NCBI RefSeq assembly: GCF_006345805.1 | Contig: NC_043010.1 | Coordinates: 47,120,001-47,184,000 of the forward strand | DNA from: Octopus sinensis | Lineage: Eukaryota | Direction of reading: 5' to 3' | DNA: 64,000 bases | Shown: positions 61,475-64,000 of the stretch, one piece after another | Layout of the letters: each line of letters starts with the position of its first letter | Numbering within the stretch: the first letter of the stretch is position 1 | The notes under the pieces: generated by a model | What the model was told of the DNA's origin: nothing | The model's input: the letters and a program-made list of their open reading frames with translations, nothing else | Databases searched by the model: none | Made by a program: the position numbers and the translations under genes

Positions 61475-63756
61475 CACATGTATATATATCACTTTGGCAG
61501 AAGTACAGAATAGGCTGGTTCTATTTTACATTTATGTCAGATACATTTAAGAAGGAATTACATATTCCTGGGTTGAGGGGACAATGAACCGAGGAGTTTA
61601 GAGTTTATATCCTGCCACAAATATTTTACTGCATCTCTAATGAAGGCATTTAAAGCATTTAGCTCTTGACCCTTTAACATTCAGATTACTTTATCAAATG
61701 TATTTAATCACACCGCTTTTAATTAATCATGCATTTTCCTGTAACTTTGAGATTTTGATGATGTCATTGCATATTTTTAGAATGACATTGTAGAATAGGT
61801 ATGAGAGTCCAGGTCAGGCTGGTTTGAACATAAAACAGGTAGAATATTTGGGCTGGATATGGCTGGTTTAAATGCTAAAGAGTTGATAGCCCACTTCACC
61901 TGGTACCACAAAACAGGTGTAATTCACTGATATAAGTAGTGGTAGCATTGTCAAACTGAAGAGTGTTAGTTATCTATGATATTCTAATCAAGAGGAAAGG
62001 AGATTTTTTCTTTTATCTGGTTAATGCTATAGAAACCAGAATTAAGTGTTAGCTAAGCTGACCTCAGTAGATCATGAAAAGATTAGCTTTGCTTATTTTC
62101 AACTTCACAAATAGCTTTTTAATATGGGTGCACAGTCAAAGCAGCAAGCTGGCAGAATTGTTAGCATGCAGTGCAAAATGCTCTGCAGCATTTCATTTGT
62201 GTTTACATTCTGAGTTCAAATTTCGCCGAGGTTGACTTCACCTTTCATCTCTTCAGGGTTGATAAAATAGGTATCAGTTGAACACTGGGGTTGATGTAAT
62301 TGAATTATCCACTCCTTAAAGCTGTTGGCCTTGTGCCAACATTTGAAACCAATATGGGTGCACAGTTTGTTTCTCATCTGTGGCTCTGTATTGTGTCTGT
62401 GACTCAGATCCATAAATTCAATAACCCATCTTCCAATACTTGTGTTCCTAAGAGTATAAGGGGCATTGTATAGGTGATGCATGCTTTGATAAGTTGTAGT
62501 ATCAGGTATATATTAACTGTTATACTTGGGTACTTAGCATGAAGACAAAGTCTTCAAGATATGTTACTGTGTCTCAGTAGAGCAAGACAGTCATATACCC
62601 AAAGAGACAAAATGAATGTTATATTTAGAAAAAAATCAAGTAAGATCAAAGAGAGTTTTAAGTAGCTTTGGAAGAGAAAAAGAAATATTAACTTGAATAT
62701 TTATAAGTTATTCATTCACACATAGAGGTGAGCATTTATTTGTTCAAAGCTGAGCTTTTCATTTGACACTTCTCTGAGTACCTCAGTAAAAAGAATGGAC
62801 ATGAAACTCAGAGATGCAGTAAAGAGAATTCTTAGCCTTGGATATAAACTTTACCATATGTGTTGAGTACTTTTCCTCTCATTGGTAAATTCATGTGTAT
62901 GCATGGGAATGTTTATATCTGTGTGTGTGTGTATGTGTTATGTGTGTGTGTGTGTGTGAGCACACACACACACACACATACACATGTACACATATACAAA
63001 TACATATATATATTAGGTCAAAAGGTAACTATGGTGTTACATTCTTTTTACCAATACTGTCTTTGTATTTTAATTTCATAGAAATTATAAGAAAAAGAAA
63101 AAATTGAAAAAAAAAAAAGATGGGAAATGAAAAATGCACTTGTATAACCACTTTTGTGAAGTAATGAACATTGTCTGTTTTCATTCTTCTTCTTCCATTC
63201 GAATAATAGGGACCCCTGTTGAAAGAAAGAAAAAAGCATAGAGTAATTTTGGTTAAGGTAAAGAAACTCAGTCATAATCTACTGAAATTATAGAAACCAG
63301 AGCATGTCAGTTGTACAAACATTTTCAAGGAATGTAGCTTTGGAGGCTGACAACAACAATGGCAGTGTCAACATCATCATGGTCATCATCATCATCATCC
63401 ATCATCAGTTAATATTCACATTTTCATGTTTGCATGGATTGGATGTAATTTATTGAGGTAGGTTTTCTATGGTTGGATGCCCTCCCTGTTGCCAACCCTC
63501 ACCTGTTTCCAAGCAAGGTATTACTTTCCCTATGGCCAGACTTGTTCTCACAGAACATTGGAAATGAATGACACTGCTTGTATGACAGTGACAATCATTT
63601 ACAACTATTATGCAATGTCAAGGCAAGGAGACACAAACACACACACACACACAAACAACACACACATGTATACAATGGGGTTCCTCCAGTTTCCATCTAT
63701 CAAATCGATTCACAAGACTTTGGTTGGCCCAATGCTATAATAGAAAACACTTGGCC

Positions 63757-64000
63757 GGCAGACACCCATAAAATTATTAACCATCGTACAAACAATAACT
63801 CTGAGCACCTTTTCAAACTCCACCCATCTAACACCCGTGGACAAATTTACAAAGTAAGAAAACAGCACAGCTCCCATGACTTCAGGAAACATTTTTTCAC
63901 GCTGAGAGTTGCTGAAGCATGGAACAAACTGCCGGCATCAGTTGTTAGTTGTCGGAGCACTGCATCCTTCAAAACTTCCATGCTTCCTGAGATTTGCCAA
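63757..64000 (+). mobile_element. CR1/L2-clade LINE 3' fragment (truncated by window edge)
   Basis: Nearly identical to 7500-7735. Confidence 0.85.

Overview
AT-rich eukaryotic genomic DNA, dense in repeats and microsatellites. The SINE/MITE repertoire points to an Octopus (coleoid cephalopod) genome; this is an inference from recalled repeat families, not a database search. I reconstructed two spliced protein-coding genes by hand, both on the minus strand and in tandem. (1) A PRC1/Ase1/MAP65-family spindle-midzone gene has 12 exons in the window (32725 down to 97, about 563 codons) and runs off the left edge; all splice phases are compatible. (2) A 4-exon, 209-aa TEX36-like gene carrying the HDNR motif spans 55790 to 39393. 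The rest is mostly transposon-derived: tRNA-headed SINEs, RTE-tailed SINEs, CR1 3' ends, mariner/Tc1, MULE, hAT and piggyBac MITEs, Penelope-like elements (PLEs) and a collapsed RLE-type LINE. The most striking unexplained structure is a cluster of hammerhead-ribozyme-like motifs in about 1.6 kb of intron 1 of the TEX36-like gene (53626-55182). It contains one complete type I fold, two further motifs in the arms of a ~235-bp inverted repeat, and a degenerate fourth motif overlapping a 25-bp hairpin. Most ORFs in the supplied track are repeat or low-complexity artefacts. There is no CRISPR array, rRNA or genuine tRNA gene.
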